Shown one piece after another: positions 24,644 through 32,000 of a stretch of 32,000 nt of DNA (the first letter of the stretch is position 1; each line of letters begins with the position of its first letter). Source of the stretch: Candidatus Pacearchaeota archaeon (GTDB lineage: Archaea > Nanobdellota > Nanobdellia > Pacearchaeales > UBA284); NCBI GenBank assembly GCA_026016245.1, contig CP061211.1:90001-122000 (forward strand). The letters run 5' to 3'. A program made the translations under genes and the position numbers. Under the pieces are notes generated by a model. It was not told where the DNA came from, searched no databases, and saw only the letters and a list, made by a program, of their open reading frames with translations.

Positions 24644-25495
24644 TTACCTCCTTTCAATTTTTTTATTTTTCCTCTGCTCATTAACCTGCAAAACAGTTAT
24701 TGCAGCAAGTGCAACAATATCCTCAACTTTACATCCTCTGGATAAGTCATTAACTTGCTTGCTTAGGCCTTGTAATACTGGACCAATAGCTTGCCATCCC
24801 CCAAGCTGCTCCACAAGTTTATATCCAATGTTAGCTGCATCAAGATTTGGAAAAATTAAGACATTTGCATTAATAGACTTTATTCCTTTTCTTTTGGCAA
24901 TCACTGCATTCAAGGCAGCATCAGCCTGAATTTCTCCTTTCATGATTAACTTAGGATATTTTTTCTTTAAAATTCTCAATGCTTTTGAAACTTTTTGAAG
25001 ACTTTTGCCTTTGCCAGAACCATGAGTTGAGTATGACAATAAAGCTATTCGTGGTTTTTTTATTGTTATCAGTTCAAAAGTTTCTGCACTTAGTAAGGCA
25101 ATTTCAGCTAATTGTCTTGGACTAGGATCTGGTTGAGCAGCGCAGTCAGCAAAAAGCAGCACTTTTTTCTTATCAGGAGAGATCATTAAAAAAGAACCAC
25201 TAACATGATTGATATTTTTTCTCATAAAATCAAATGAAAGTAAAATAGCTAAGATACTTGAATGGCTTGCTCCTGAAATAACAGCATCAACTTTATCTTG
25301 TTTTAACATCAATCTAGCTAAGTTTATTTTTTTCTCTATATTTACTTTTTCATTGAGAAATAAAGGCTTAGCAATTTTTTGTCTTTTGATGATTCTCGCA
25401 GCTCTTTTCACACGATTATCTTCATCTAGAAAAAGAATCTTTACAGGATTTCTTTTATTAATTTTGCACGCTCTTTTTTTTATTTTAAGAATCAT
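24644..25495 (-). CDS. pta: Phosphate acetyl/butyryl-transferase (PTA_PTB family), shortened form
   Basis: 283 aa. Motifs DAVISGASHSS, FADCAAQPDPSPRQLAEIA, LLSYSTHGSGKG, GEIQADAAL, ANVLIFPNLDAANIGYKL and GPVLQGLSKQVNDLSRGC. Confidence 0.82.
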   Translation of the reverse strand: MILKIKKRACKINKRNPVKILFLDEDNRVKRAARIIKRQKIAKPLFLNEKVNIEKKINLARLMLKQDKVDAVISGASHSSILAILLSFDFMRKNINHVSGSFLMISPDKKKVLLFADCAAQPDPSPRQLAEIALLSAETFELITIKKPRIALLSYSTHGSGKGKSLQKVSKALRILKKKYPKLIMKGEIQADAALNAVIAKRKGIKSINANVLIFPNLDAANIGYKLVEQLGGWQAIGPVLQGLSKQVNDLSRGCKVEDIVALAAITVLQVNEQRKNKKIERR

Positions 25496-25541
25496 AGAAA
25501 AAACAAAGAAAATAAATTTAATAATCTTTCTAAAACTAGAC

Positions 25542-25727
25542 TTAGAACCTTTCTTTTTCCATCTCCTTTTTTTCTGCTTCTTTCTGTTCCTTAGGAGTTA
25601 CTTCTTCAAGCAATTCAGGAGCTGTTGGAGTAGGTTTAGCTGTTCCTATCTCGCCGCAGTAAGGACAAGCATAAGGCTGTCTTTGGGCTTCAAATTTATA
25701 ACCACAACGTTGACATTGGTATTCCAT
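25542..25727 (-). CDS. Small zinc-ribbon protein (61 aa) with a charged tail
   Basis: CQRCGYKF…x9…CPYCG forms a 4-Cys ribbon, followed by a P/T/E/K-rich tail. It lies 46 bp upstream of pta on the same strand. Confidence 0.65.
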   Translation of the reverse strand: MEYQCQRCGYKFEAQRQPYACPYCGEIGTAKPTPTAPELLEEVTPKEQKEAEKKEMEKERF

Positions 25728-25801
25728 AGCAATTTATTGAGTAGAGGTTATATAAATTTTTTCTTAATAAATCAAAAAAGAGAGTCGAAAAGTTTATATA
25801 T

Positions 25802-25823
25802 ATGATATTAATATGATATTAAT
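25802..25823 (+). promoter_or_regulatory. Tandem 11-bp repeat (ATGATATTAAT x2) between the TATA box and the antitoxin start; putative operator
   Basis: Two perfect copies at 25802-25812 and 25813-25823 create the palindrome ATATTAATAT across the junction. TTTATATA at 25793-25800 lies 31 nt upstream of ATG 25824. Confidence 0.5.
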
Positions 25824-26060
25824 ATGGTACAAGCAATAGTAAATGTGGATGAAAAAGCAAATAGAATCTTAAATATTGTTAAAGCGAAGTATGGCTTGAG
25901 AGATAAGAGTGAAGCTATAAACAAAGTAGCTGAACTTTATGCAACTGAACTTCTTGAACCTGATCTTAGACCAGAGTACATAGAAAAACTAAAGGGGATA
26001 GAAAAAGAAAAAACTGTTAAAGTAAGTAATTTTAGACAGAGATACCTGAAAAAGAGGTAA
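25824..26060 (+). CDS. RHH-like antitoxin (archaeal DUF2683-like), partner of the downstream RelE
   Basis: 78 aa starting MVQAIVNVDEKANRILNIVKAKYGLRDKSEAINKV, a strand-helix-helix pattern. The stop is 2 bp before the toxin start. Confidence 0.75.
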   Translation: MVQAIVNVDEKANRILNIVKAKYGLRDKSEAINKVAELYATELLEPDLRPEYIEKLKGIEKEKTVKVSNFRQRYLKKR

Positions 26061-26062
26061 AA

Positions 26063-26335
26063 GTGTATAATCTTGAGATCAGAAAACATCTTGATAAAAT
26101 TTTTTCTAAGCTTGCTAAAAAGAATAAAATACAATTTGAAGCTCTAAATAAAAAAATTGAACAGATCAGAAAAAATCCTTATCACTTTAAACCATTAAGA
26201 GCTCCAATGCAAAATAAAAGGAGAGTTCATGTTGGTAGTTTTGTTTTAATTTATAGTATAGATGAAAAAACTAAAACAATCATCTTAGAAGATTATGAGC
26301 ATCATAATAAAATTTATTTTCCTCTTTTCTTTTAA
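26063..26335 (+). CDS. relE: RelE/ParE-superfamily toxin (mRNA interferase)
   Basis: 90 aa with a GTG start. Pattern …IRKNPYHFKPLRAPMQNKRRVHVGSFVLIYSIDEKTKTIILEDYEHHNKIY is typical of the RelE/StbE C-terminal half. Confidence 0.8.
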   Translation: MYNLEIRKHLDKIFSKLAKKNKIQFEALNKKIEQIRKNPYHFKPLRAPMQNKRRVHVGSFVLIYSIDEKTKTIILEDYEHHNKIYFPLFF

Positions 26336-26402
26336 TTTTTTTTGAAACCCCTAAAAAGTAGTAAACCAAAAAGTTTAAATATAATCCAAACATAAAAAAA
26401 AT

Positions 26403-27278
26403 ATGATAAGTTTACCAAAAGCAGCAATCGTGGCAGCAACAATCCCAACAGTTCTATTAGGGCAATATCATACATTTTCTGGTTTTGTTTATCCAGCAGC
26501 AAATAATGTTCCAACTGATAGTGGTCCAGTAGCAATTGTTAATCCTTCAAATGATACTATCTGGACAAAAATTGGACAAGATATGGATAATTTCTATACA
26601 CGAACATCAGATCCTGGTTGGATATATGACGGTGATACTGTTAAAGTATCTGTTGCAGATACAACAGGACAGACAGCAAGTACATTTAGGATAGTAAAAC
26701 CTACTGCAAACTATTTAACAACTCTTTTTCCTGGTGGTCATGCTTTTGTTGTCAATAAAGTATGGGATAGTGTTGATAGTGTTGATGCAAAATGTTGGGT
26801 AAAAGGCAAGCCTGATACACTTAATGGAAGATTTAGGATAGGAATTCCTGATGATGATATTTATTTTAATAGAGGAAAATTTCTAGATCCCCCTGCATTA
26901 AATGATAGTATTATTTTTGAAATATCAGAAGGAAGTTTATATGCAAGAACAGGATGTAAATATGAAAGAGCATTGTGGGATGCTGATTCTGCACCAAGTT
27001 GTTCATTAAATATAGTTGGTATTGGAGAAAATCTTGAGAATAAAGTTCAAGAACCATTTTCTTTAATAAAAACAAATCCTGTAACAAATGGAATTTTGAA
27101 TTTAAATCAAAAAGGAAATTTTGTTCTTTACAATGCCGCAGGCAGTCTTGTAAAAAAAGCAAATGGAGATAAAATTAATGTTAAAACATTACCTTCAGGA
27201 GCATATTTCTTATTTACAAAACCAAAAGATTCTGGTGAATTATTGTATAAGCCAGAAAAAGTTGTGATTATGAATTAA
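26403..27278 (+). CDS. Secreted protein with a C-terminal Por/T9SS-type sorting-domain-like tail
   Basis: 291 aa. N-terminal hydrophobic segment AAIVAATIPTVLLG. The last ~70 aa (NPVTNGILNLNQKGNFVLYNAAGSLVKKANGDKINVKTLPSGAYFLFTK…KVVIMN) follow the NPxxxxLxL / xLYxxxGxxV / LxxGxYFxxx pattern of Por_Secre_tail-like domains. Confidence 0.7.
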   Translation: MISLPKAAIVAATIPTVLLGQYHTFSGFVYPAANNVPTDSGPVAIVNPSNDTIWTKIGQDMDNFYTRTSDPGWIYDGDTVKVSVADTTGQTASTFRIVKPTANYLTTLFPGGHAFVVNKVWDSVDSVDAKCWVKGKPDTLNGRFRIGIPDDDIYFNRGKFLDPPALNDSIIFEISEGSLYARTGCKYERALWDADSAPSCSLNIVGIGENLENKVQEPFSLIKTNPVTNGILNLNQKGNFVLYNAAGSLVKKANGDKINVKTLPSGAYFLFTKPKDSGELLYKPEKVVIMN

Positions 27279-27280
27279 TT

Positions 27281-29167
27281 TTATTCTTGTGCCCAAGTCA
27301 TACCCTTTCCTTTTGGATCTGTGTAGATATAATATACCCCGCCAGCTTGTAGGTCAAAATTTAATGCAGGATAACTTCTTATTCTTTCACAGGTATATAT
27401 CTTTGGTTCCTGTGTCTCAACATCCCAATAACCTGCTTCATCCTCATCCAATAGACCCATACTATCGCAAAGATTAGAGGCTTTATCTAAAATTGTATCT
27501 ATAGGTACTGTGATGTAGTTTGGTCCTGGGCAGAGATTAAAGATAATTTGTTCTGGGACTTCTGATGCTCCTACTGTTCTTCTTATCATTGTGGCTGAGA
27601 CAAAATAAGGATATCCTGCTATTGCATCAAATTCGCCTGTTACAATAGTTGGACAAGGAGGATTAGCGCAATAGGCAGTTGCTGTTCCTTTGAATACTCC
27701 TTCTGAACAAATCCATTTTGCTATGTAATCTAAACTATTTTTACTCATAATTTCATAAGAACTTACATGTCTATGTGGATTATATATCCAACTTACACTA
27801 GTTCCTCTTAATTCTCCTTTTTGTTTTGGTGGTTGTTTGTAAAGTATTTGTAAGAATCTTTGGAAATGGCCTGATTCTAGTTTACATTCTTTTATTTTCT
27901 CAGAGCATCTATCCCAGGCAATTAAATTTTCAATTGTCTTGGTTGTTCCTCCAACATACCAACCTTCGCTTTTTGATCCAATATACTTACACTCAGCCCA
28001 TAATCCACCACAATTATCATATTTGTAAAGATTTCCTGTACAAGAATCATACCAACCCTCACTTCTTGTCCCAACATAATCACATACAGGTGTGCAGCCT
28101 ATCTCAGCTATAGCACTAACCATATAAAATTTAGTTCGTGAAGATTCAATATTAATATTCTCACTCCATGCCCGCAGGTTCTTGTCAATATTTATAGAAA
28201 CCCAATCACATGTTCTTATTTTTGTGATAGGATCTTTTTTACATCTGTGAGCCATGTTTAGATACTGCTCTTTGATTCTTATTCCTGCTCCTTCAGAATA
28301 TCTCCATTCTAATTTTACATATGGTGTTTTATAGCTTATCTGTGCTGATATTGGAGGCAATTCATTACAATTAACTAATCCAACACAATCAGCTGGGCAA
28401 TTATCTGCTGTCTCAAACTGCTCGCAGAGACCATTGCCACAATCAACACAATATTTTTGTGGTTCTTTTGCTTCAGGAGGTTGGAATTCTACTAGCTCAA
28501 AGCCATCGCAACAATAGAAAGGATGCCCTACTCTAGCGCCTTTGGCACCACAACAGTCTGCATTACAATTTAATGGATTTTCAATAGGAGCTTCACAAAT
28601 ATTATTCCCACATTGAGGAATACAGTCTTGAGGACAGTTAAGATAATTTTCTTCATAGTCAGTTAAATCATCTTTTTCACAAATACCATTACCACACACA
28701 GGGCCACAATCTTGAGGACAGTTAAATGAATTTTCTGGCTTAGTACATTTTTGGTTGCCACAATTTACACAAGTTAGAGCAGCAAGACATGGCAGTCCAG
28801 GATAACAATCTGCTACTGCTTTTAAACCAGGGCAACAATGCTGAGGCAAGAAAACAGTTTCACCTTCCTTAGCGCAGCAATCTGCAGGACAACTGCTATA
28901 TGATTCTCCAGAACTACAGATGCCATCCCCACAAACAATAGCAGGAGTGACTTCAGCTGGAGCAACAAGTCCTGGTTCTTGAGGAGTTACAAATCCTGTT
29001 CCCCCATTATTGTTAGTGCTTGGTGATTCAGCTACTCCATGGCCATCAAAAACTTTTTCTTTTGGAATTATAGCAAAGATCATAAAGATAATGAGACAGA
29101 TAGCTAAAATATACAGAATCATATTAGAAGGGTTTTTCTCTATCCTTCTTTTCATCTCTTTTTTCAT
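27281..29167 (-). CDS. Membrane-anchored extracellular cysteine-rich repeat protein
   Basis: 628 aa.
- N-terminal anchor MILYILAICLIIFMIFAII.
- Four to five CG(D/N)GxC…(E)…CPxDC modules across aa 79-267 (DNA about 28367-28933).
- Duplicated Y(V/I)G(T/S)(R/K)SEGWY units at aa 362-405.
- More than 50 Cys overall. Confidence 0.8.
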   Translation of the reverse strand: MKKEMKRRIEKNPSNMILYILAICLIIFMIFAIIPKEKVFDGHGVAESPSTNNNGGTGFVTPQEPGLVAPAEVTPAIVCGDGICSSGESYSSCPADCCAKEGETVFLPQHCCPGLKAVADCYPGLPCLAALTCVNCGNQKCTKPENSFNCPQDCGPVCGNGICEKDDLTDYEENYLNCPQDCIPQCGNNICEAPIENPLNCNADCCGAKGARVGHPFYCCDGFELVEFQPPEAKEPQKYCVDCGNGLCEQFETADNCPADCVGLVNCNELPPISAQISYKTPYVKLEWRYSEGAGIRIKEQYLNMAHRCKKDPITKIRTCDWVSINIDKNLRAWSENINIESSRTKFYMVSAIAEIGCTPVCDYVGTRSEGWYDSCTGNLYKYDNCGGLWAECKYIGSKSEGWYVGGTTKTIENLIAWDRCSEKIKECKLESGHFQRFLQILYKQPPKQKGELRGTSVSWIYNPHRHVSSYEIMSKNSLDYIAKWICSEGVFKGTATAYCANPPCPTIVTGEFDAIAGYPYFVSATMIRRTVGASEVPEQIIFNLCPGPNYITVPIDTILDKASNLCDSMGLLDEDEAGYWDVETQEPKIYTCERIRSYPALNFDLQAGGVYYIYTDPKGKGMTWAQE

Positions 29168-29202
29168 TGAAAATAATAAACAAAAGCTTTATTTAAATTT
29201 TA

Positions 29203-29784
29203 TTATTTTCCCCTTCTTCCCTTGGCTCTTATACTAGGCCTGGTTTTTATGGCCCTTTTACCTTTCTTTCTTAAACCCCTAGATTTTTTTCCAGCACTTG
29301 TTAATCCTCTAAAAACTCTTCCCTTATGTTTCTTGCTTGTTATCCATGTAATATTTTTGTCTTTTTTAATTTCTGGTCTGCTTATATCGACAAAAATAAC
29401 TTCATACCAAGCAAACATCCCATCTTTTGCAAGCCAATAACTATTTAGAACCTGAAGATTAGAAAATTTTTTCTGGGCTCTTTGTTCAGCCACCCATTTG
29501 TAATTCATCTTTAGAATTTTTTTTGTTGTTTGCCTCTTGCTCCTTCTTCCTCCTTTTGGTTTTGGTCTTCTTCTACCTCCTCTTCTAACACGAACTCTAG
29601 CAACAACAAAACCTTTCTTGGCTTTATAACCTATTGTTCTAGCTCGGTCAAGTCTTGTTGGCTTTTCTACCCTAACAACTGCATTACTTTTTCGCCATTC
29701 TATAAGTCTCTTGCTCCATAATTTCCCAAGATTTTCTTTAGGCTTTTTCCATGTTTTTCTTATGTAAGTATATGAGGATTTCAT
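29203..29784 (-). CDS. rpl15e: 50S ribosomal protein L15e (eL15)
   Basis: The sequence from the second Met ([17 protein letters not shown]…LIEWRK…[33 protein letters not shown]) is typical of L15e. The upstream in-frame start at 29802 is less likely. Confidence 0.95.
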   Translation of the reverse strand: MKSSYTYIRKTWKKPKENLGKLWSKRLIEWRKSNAVVRVEKPTRLDRARTIGYKAKKGFVVARVRVRRGGRRRPKPKGGRRSKRQTTKKILKMNYKWVAEQRAQKKFSNLQVLNSYWLAKDGMFAWYEVIFVDISRPEIKKDKNITWITSKKHKGRVFRGLTSAGKKSRGLRKKGKRAIKTRPSIRAKGRRGK

Positions 29785-29788
29785 TTTA

Positions 29789-30055
29789 TTATCTAGCCAC
29801 AATCATTGTTGATGTGAGGCCAATTTCCTTCATTTTTCTTATTTTTTCTGAAACAAAAGTGTCTAATTCTTTGGCATTAGAAATATCCACACCAATTATA
29901 ATATCCCACTCACCAAAAAGTTCATTTACAAGAATAACTTTTTTCATCTTTTCCAGCTTTTCATAAATACCTCTTTCCTTATGTGGTAGAACTCTAATTA
30001 ATATGAATGCCCCTATTTCCCCTTTCTCCTTATTTTTTTCTCTTTTTTTTGCCAT
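29789..30055 (-). CDS. Stand-alone Lrp/AsnC ligand-binding (RAM) domain protein
   Basis: About 88 aa from ATG 30055. AFILIRV…[57 protein letters not shown] matches the beta-alpha-beta-beta-alpha-beta RAM fold pattern. There is no HTH domain. Confidence 0.7.
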   Translation of the reverse strand: MAKKREKNKEKGEIGAFILIRVLPHKERGIYEKLEKMKKVILVNELFGEWDIIIGVDISNAKELDTFVSEKIRKMKEIGLTSTMIVAR

Positions 30056-30141
30056 GCACTTCCAAGGCAAAATTTGTTTTTAAAACTTTTCATCATAACA
30101 AACACAATAAAATTTAAAAATAAATATATCTTTAAGAGAGT

Positions 30142-30324
30142 ATGAGCAAATTACTTAATATTTTGATAGGGGTAATTTTGATATTGGCACCTATATTGAT
30201 TGTCTTGAATATACCACTATTTTACAATTGGGGACCAGCAGCAATTGAATTTTTGAAAGGCGGTGTTGTTGTATGTTTAATGATTGTAGGAATTGTTTTT
30301 TTAATTCTAGGGATAACAGAGTAA
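30142..30324 (+). CDS. Small membrane protein (60 aa, two hydrophobic helices)
   Basis: ILIGVILILAPILIVL and VVVCLMIVGIVFLILGI. Confidence 0.5.
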   Translation: MSKLLNILIGVILILAPILIVLNIPLFYNWGPAAIEFLKGGVVVCLMIVGIVFLILGITE

Positions 30325-30352
30325 GGAAAAAAGGTGAAGGGGAAGTGAAGTT

Positions 30353-31576
30353 ATGATAGATGAATCTTTATGTATTAGATGTAAAGGTAGGGGGTGGTGT
30401 GGCGGGCCTTGCAAGATCTTAGCTAGGCTTAGGGAATTTCAGCCGAAGATATCTAAAGAATTTTCTGGTTCAAGTCCTCCAGAAATTTTTGTTGGTCGTT
30501 ACGGCTATCCTAATGTTTTTACAGGGATTCTTGCTCCAACAGAATTTGGAGAGACAGAAGAACTAAGCATGCCTGAAGTGTGGCATGAGCAAGGGGCAGG
30601 TATTCAGGATATCCTTGCTTATCGCTCTAGGATGATTTATTCAAGATTTATTTCAAGTATAAAAAGTGCTAGATCAAAACAGCAGTCAAGGCTTCTAGAT
30701 TTAATGCAGGAAATAAGTTTAGCGAGCAAGCCAGTTGATGCAAGTTTCAAGTTAAAAAAGAAACCGAGAGTAAGGATACAAATGGATGCTCATGTTCCTA
30801 TGATAGGCAATCCTGCTCCTCTAAAGTCAGTAAAACTAGAATCAAATCCTAAAGTTGAGAAGAAAGTAGATTATCTCACAAGTGATACTGATGTTAAATC
30901 AACTCAAGCAATCAAAGAACTTTACAAATCAAAGATTCCAGTGAGTAACATCATAAAGATTTTGAGTGGTGGTATGTTAGGTTTGAGGATTCAGAGAAGA
31001 CTTGTTCCGACAAGATGGGCTGTGAGTGCGATAGATGATACAATTTCTAAAACATTGCTGGAAAAAATCAGACACTATCAGGAAATTTCTTCTTATCTTC
31101 TTTTTCATGCCAGTTATCTTGGAAATTATTATAATATTATTCTGATACCCAATTGTTGGTCATTTGAAGTTATTGAGGCGAGTGCGAAAGGATATTTTGG
31201 TAGGAATTATAGGATAGCGACATGGCAGGATTATGAGTTTTTCCAGAAAAGAAAGAAATATGCTTTTAGTGTGACAGGGGCTTATTATGCTAACAGACTT
31301 GCTGTTTGTGAATATTTATATAAGACGAAGAGGCAGGCTTCTGTTCTTGTTTTGAGGGAAATTCGTGATGAATATTGGGCTCCTTGTGGTGTTGGTATTT
31401 TGCGAGAAGTGACAAGAGAGGCCATGCAAAGCAAGCCTGAAAAATTTGACACACTTAAAGGAGCACTAAGTACAGCACAGACAAAATTTAAGTTACCTCT
31501 AGAAATTTATACAACAAAAAGTAAATTATTACAGAATATTAAAACACAGACAAGGCTTTCTAAATTTTTATCTTAA
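30353..31576 (+). CDS. nreA: NreA-like archaeal DNA-repair-associated protein (Nre_N/Nre_C, formerly DUF650/DUF651)
   Basis: 407 aa. The N-terminal LCIRCKGRGWCGGPCKILARL Cys cluster followed by PPEIFVGRYGYPNV is how I remember the Nre N-terminal domain. The C-terminal VPTRWAVSAIDD and EYWAPCGVGILRE are also consistent. The call rests on recalled family patterns only. Confidence 0.7.
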   Translation: MIDESLCIRCKGRGWCGGPCKILARLREFQPKISKEFSGSSPPEIFVGRYGYPNVFTGILAPTEFGETEELSMPEVWHEQGAGIQDILAYRSRMIYSRFISSIKSARSKQQSRLLDLMQEISLASKPVDASFKLKKKPRVRIQMDAHVPMIGNPAPLKSVKLESNPKVEKKVDYLTSDTDVKSTQAIKELYKSKIPVSNIIKILSGGMLGLRIQRRLVPTRWAVSAIDDTISKTLLEKIRHYQEISSYLLFHASYLGNYYNIILIPNCWSFEVIEASAKGYFGRNYRIATWQDYEFFQKRKKYAFSVTGAYYANRLAVCEYLYKTKRQASVLVLREIRDEYWAPCGVGILREVTREAMQSKPEKFDTLKGALSTAQTKFKLPLEIYTTKSKLLQNIKTQTRLSKFLS

Positions 31577-32000
31577 AAACAACCACATTTTAGAAGCCAC
31601 ATCAAAGCTAGGCCAACAAGAATAAAGATAAGTTGTAATAATGATTCTGAAATTTTAATTCTTTTATGTAGTTCAGGTATTAGGTCAGTTGCAGCTATGT
31701 AAATAAAGCCGCCTGCTGCAAATGGAAGAAGAAATGTTGTGTCAATGCTGGCACTTAAGAAATAGCCAACTAGAGCCCCTAGAATTGCTGTCAAGGCACT
31801 AAAGAAGTTATAAAGCATGGCTCTTCCTTTTTTGAAGCCTCCATAGACAAGAACCCCAAAATCACCTATTTCTTGAGGTATTTCATGAAGGATTATTGCG
31901 ATGGTTGTTGTTATTCCTAGTCCTATGTTTATTAGATAGGCTGCAGCGATAATTAAGCCATCAATAAAATTATGCAAGGCATCTCCTATAAGAATTGTAT
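31573..32000 (-). CDS. zupT: ZIP-family (ZupT-like) metal transporter, C-terminal part (gene continues beyond the window end)
   Basis: HNFIDGLIIAAAY and ILHEIPQEIGDFGVL are the ZIP signature helices. The reading frame stays open to base 32000. Confidence 0.85.
   Translation of the reverse strand, partial: TILIGDALHNFIDGLIIAAAYLINIGLGITTTIAIILHEIPQEIGDFGVLVYGGFKKGRAMLYNFFSALTAILGALVGYFLSASIDTTFLLPFAAGGFIYIAATDLIPELHKRIKISESLLQLIFILVGLALMWLLKCGCF

Noticed and set aside
25209-25805. 198-aa plus-strand ORF spanning the 5' part of pta and the zinc-ribbon gene.
   Set aside because: It is a shadow ORF antisense to two motif-supported genes, with an F/L/I-rich low-complexity translation.
28367-28933. 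Periodic repeated DNA that might be taken for a CRISPR-like or tandem-repeat array.
   Set aside because: The periodicity is at the protein level (CGNGxCE…CPxDC modules) within one continuous ORF. The repeats are diverged at the nucleotide level, and there are no identical direct repeats with unique spacers.
26403-29167. Diversity-generating retroelement (DGR) target, given that DPANN surface proteins are known DGR targets.
   Set aside because: There is no reverse transcriptase gene and no template/variable repeat pair (near-identical ~100-nt repeats differing at adenines) anywhere in the window.

Overview
AT-rich, very gene-dense window with almost no intergenic space. Many neighbouring genes overlap by 4 bp or sit 1-20 bp apart. 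The informational genes are clearly archaeal: a group II chaperonin (thermosome), ribosomal proteins L10e/uL16 and L15e, deoxyhypusine synthase, an NreA-like protein, and a tRNA-Gly(GCC) split by a 60-nt intron with bulge-helix-bulge geometry at the canonical 37/38 position. Several metabolic, signalling and surface genes look bacterial in type: pta/ackA, full-length DisA, a DHH-DHHA1 phosphoesterase, and a T9SS-like C-terminal tail. This mix, plus shortened enzymes and many orphan ORFs, fits a small-genome DPANN-like archaeon; that assignment is inference only. I saw no CRISPR array, transposase, integrase, reverse transcriptase or rRNA.

The most interesting items are:
1. A six-gene, translationally coupled cassette at 7252-11659. 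It holds an OMP-like beta-rich protein, three orphan proteins, a B12-type radical SAM enzyme and a small membrane protein. The radical SAM gene is bracketed exactly by a 23-nt direct repeat.
2. A 601-aa fusion of a dCTP-deaminase-like (DCD family) domain with a Nudix-like domain.
3. A minus-strand operon joining pta, a Cys protein, ackA, disA and a DHH-DHHA1 gene.
4. A GC-rich, UUCG-tetraloop-containing intergenic island with its own TATA box at about 11700-11830, a candidate ncRNA.
5. Two type II toxin-antitoxin pairs: Doc with a downstream RHH protein, and a DUF2683-like antitoxin with RelE.
6. Two convergent secreted proteins, one with CGNGxCE...CPxDC cysteine repeats and one with a Por/T9SS-like tail.

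All functional calls come from motif recognition by eye. No database search was run.
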